A stretch of DNA of 64,000 nt from Cenococcum geophilum (Eukaryota). Shown in pieces: positions 63,450-64,000 of this stretch. The notes beneath the pieces were generated by a model. It was not told where the DNA came from, ran no database searches, and was given only the letters and a program-made list of their open reading frames with translations. Made by a program: the position numbers and the translations under genes. The stretch lies in contig CP158635.1 of the NCBI GenBank assembly GCA_050273025.1, positions 992,001-1,056,000 of the forward strand, read 5' to 3'. The first letter of the stretch is position 1. Each line of letters opens with the position of its first letter.

Positions 63450-64000
63450 ATTATACCACCCGCACTAGAGACTTAAAAAGTCGGTAATAGCCTAGATAAG
63501 TCCCTAATAGAGAACTTAGGCCCCATACAGCCATAAAGAAAGGCTAGGAATATTAGATAATATACTAAACTAATAGACTAAAAGGACAATTTATAGAAAA
63601 TAGAACGTGAGCTAAGGAAGACTATAAACCCTATACCGTAAAATACGGCCTAATAAATATCCGTAAAGAAACCCAAAAACCTCCCACTAGTTAATATCTA
63701 CTATATTAGCGCTATAGGATTCTACTAGAACCTAGTTTAGCCTAATACCGTTATCTTTATAACTTGCTTATACAAAATTAATTAAATAATTAAAGAGAAA
63801 GAAGCCCTAGCCTAAGAGAAAGGTAAGCTTATAAATAAGGAGCTAGTAAAACAGAAACTGCCCCGTTAATACTAGGAATTTAAAAATACCTTTTTTAAAG
63901 TAGTATCTAATATACTTTCGCCTCACCAACCGTATAATTATAAAATTAAAATTAAGCCGGATAAGGTGGTTACCCTTAGCTATAGCCCCCTCCGATAGCA

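Larger units (their letters stand above)
53351..64000 (+). mobile_element. Element G: Ty3/Gypsy related to A, interrupted by H and truncated by the window end
   Basis: 5' LTR about 53351-53544 followed by ttatctaaagctctc (A has ttatactaagctctc); gag DPPLLTDGTDPxFDNWK, similar to A; protease region; pol resumes at 63455. Confidence 0.85.

Noticed and set aside
7263..64000. Starship giant transposon
   Set aside because: No tyrosine-recombinase captain motifs at the boundary. The first gene is a RecQ-like helicase and the size comes from nested insertions.

Overview
Filamentous-ascomycete (Pezizomycotina-type) genomic DNA with a sharp compositional boundary at about 7,260. Bases 1-7,260 are GC-balanced and hold three intact spliced genes: a Zn2Cys6 transcription factor (-), a divergently transcribed aldo-keto reductase (+) and a HET-domain protein (-). 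Bases 7,263-64,000 are an AT-rich block heavily mutated by RIP (CpA>TpA / TpG>TpA). Matching LTR ends and target-site duplications (TSDs) by eye resolves this block into one nested structure. The scaffold is a decayed AcademH-like DNA transposon (RecQ-like helicase on +, DUF6589/Academ-type transposase on -, possibly two extra ORFs). About 7.3 kb of scaffold is visible and its right end lies beyond the window. Nested in it are four Ty3/Gypsy elements with pol sequence (three complete, one truncated by the window end), a gag-only LTR element with 4-bp TSDs, two solo LTRs, two GalEa-like Ty1/Copia elements, a full-length LINE and a DD34E Tc1-like element. Main leads: (1) a Gypsy element carrying an antisense Zn2Cys6 + coiled-coil gene next to its 3' LTR; (2) a palindromic double-CCAAT module shared by three unrelated retroelements; (3) the AcademH scaffold itself. 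Most transposon protein readings rely on manually reverting RIP changes, so they are inferences. No database searches were run.
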